Shown: positions 49,633-50,198 of the stretch, one piece after another
How the letters are laid out: each line of letters starts with the position of its first letter
Position numbering within the stretch: the first letter of the stretch is position 1
Assembly: GCA_035694685.1 (NCBI GenBank)
Contig: DASSFG010000305.1
Coordinates: 1-50,198, forward strand
Origin: Pirellulales bacterium
Lineage (GTDB): Bacteria; Planctomycetota; Planctomycetia; Pirellulales; JAICIG01
Length of the DNA stretch: 50,198 nt
Direction of reading: 5' to 3'
The notes under the pieces: generated by a model
Told to the model about the DNA's origin: nothing
What the model saw: only the letters and a program-made list of their open reading frames with translations
The model's database searches: none
Translations under genes and position numbers: made by a program

Positions 49633-50198
49633 TTACTGGACGTCGTGGGGCACAAGGCAGCCGTCAATGAACGTGTAAAGATCGTCGCTGGGCGGCACGA
49701 GATCCGCGCGGCGCGCCGTGCGACGGAGATGATCGGCAAGTTCGTGCAAAAAGGCGTCGATGCGCGACGCTTGCTCTGGCTTGTCGGCCAGGTTGACGAG
49801 CTCGCCGGGGTCGGACTGCTCGTCGAAGAGCTCGATCGCGCGATGGTCGAGCGGGCGGGCCGTCGCGTAACCGTCTTCGCGCTGGCGGCGGCCAGTGATG
49901 TAAACGAGCTTGTAGCGATTGTCGCGAATCATCGCCTCTTCGTTCTCGGAGTATTCCACGATGACGTGTTCGCGGTGCTTCTCGGTCTCACCGTTGAGGA
50001 CCGCCGCCAGGCTGCGGCCCTGCACGGTGGCGGGCGTGGCGAGCCCGCAGCGATCGAGAATGGTCGGCACGATGTCGATGAATTCGACCAGCGCATCGCT
50101 GTGGCGGCCGGCCTGCGCGGCCCCCGGCAGACGAATGACGAGCGGAGCGCGCACGGCCGGTTCGTAGCAGCAGTGCTTCTCGAAGCGGCCGTGCTGGC
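49633..50198 (-). CDS. Sulfatase (arylsulfatase-family), C-terminal part; 5' end lies outside the window
   Basis: The frame stays open to the window edge. QHGRFEKHCCYEPAVRAPLVIRLPG...FIDIVPTILDRCGL...GRSL is the conserved sulfatase C-terminal core. Confidence 0.85.
   Translation of the reverse strand, partial: QHGRFEKHCCYEPAVRAPLVIRLPGAAQAGRHSDALVEFIDIVPTILDRCGLATPATVQGRSLAAVLNGETEKHREHVIVEYSENEEAMIRDNRYKLVYITGRRQREDGYATARPLDHRAIELFDEQSDPGELVNLADKPEQASRIDAFLHELADHLRRTARRADLVPPSDDLYTFIDGCLVPHDVQ

Overview
High-GC (roughly 60-65 %) bacterial chromosomal window. The gene content points to Planctomycetota (Pirellulales-like): DUF1080, secreted PQQ-like beta-propellers, a Ser/Thr kinase-FGE fusion, a sulfatase, an extended L28, and many palindromic intergenic repeats that produce ghost ORFs such as VGLASLVPPY and SFVIRHSSFV. 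About 50 protein genes are supported; no tRNA, rRNA or CRISPR array was found. Core content: 3' end of an isopropylmalate/tartrate dehydrogenase-family gene, an orphan RND pump, a PIG-L deacetylase, a compact epmB / efp-epmA cluster, galM, pyrK-like, rluB, Mn-type SOD, LigD, a class IV adenylate cyclase (CYTH), rpmB-gatC and, 3.1 kb further on, gatA-gatB, an ECF sigma factor, a REC-RsbW-like kinase plus STAS partner-switching pair, and a partial sulfatase. Positions 21.2-28.5 kb hold an ABC-transporter-dependent (Wzm/Wzt) polysaccharide cluster. Accessory content worth a second look: (1) an islet after gatB (43.8-47.4 kb) with a single-polypeptide ABC-ATPase + Toprim/DUF4435-like gene (OLD / fused PARIS-like defence candidate), a demonstrably decayed DUF4160 gene, an intact DUF2442 gene and an unusual ~94-codon tail on GatB; (2) an overlapping two-gene module (ParB/Srx-like 98 aa + unknown 100 aa) between sodA and rluB; (3) two tandem membrane-protein genes that share a near-identical zinc-ribbon N-terminus and upstream leader but carry different membrane domains; (4) a toxin-antitoxin patch (vapBC, orphan AbrB-type antitoxin, DUF433 module); (5) at least five families of nested palindromic repeats, including a composite ~220-bp element. 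All functional calls rest on motif recognition in the supplied translations. No database search was run.
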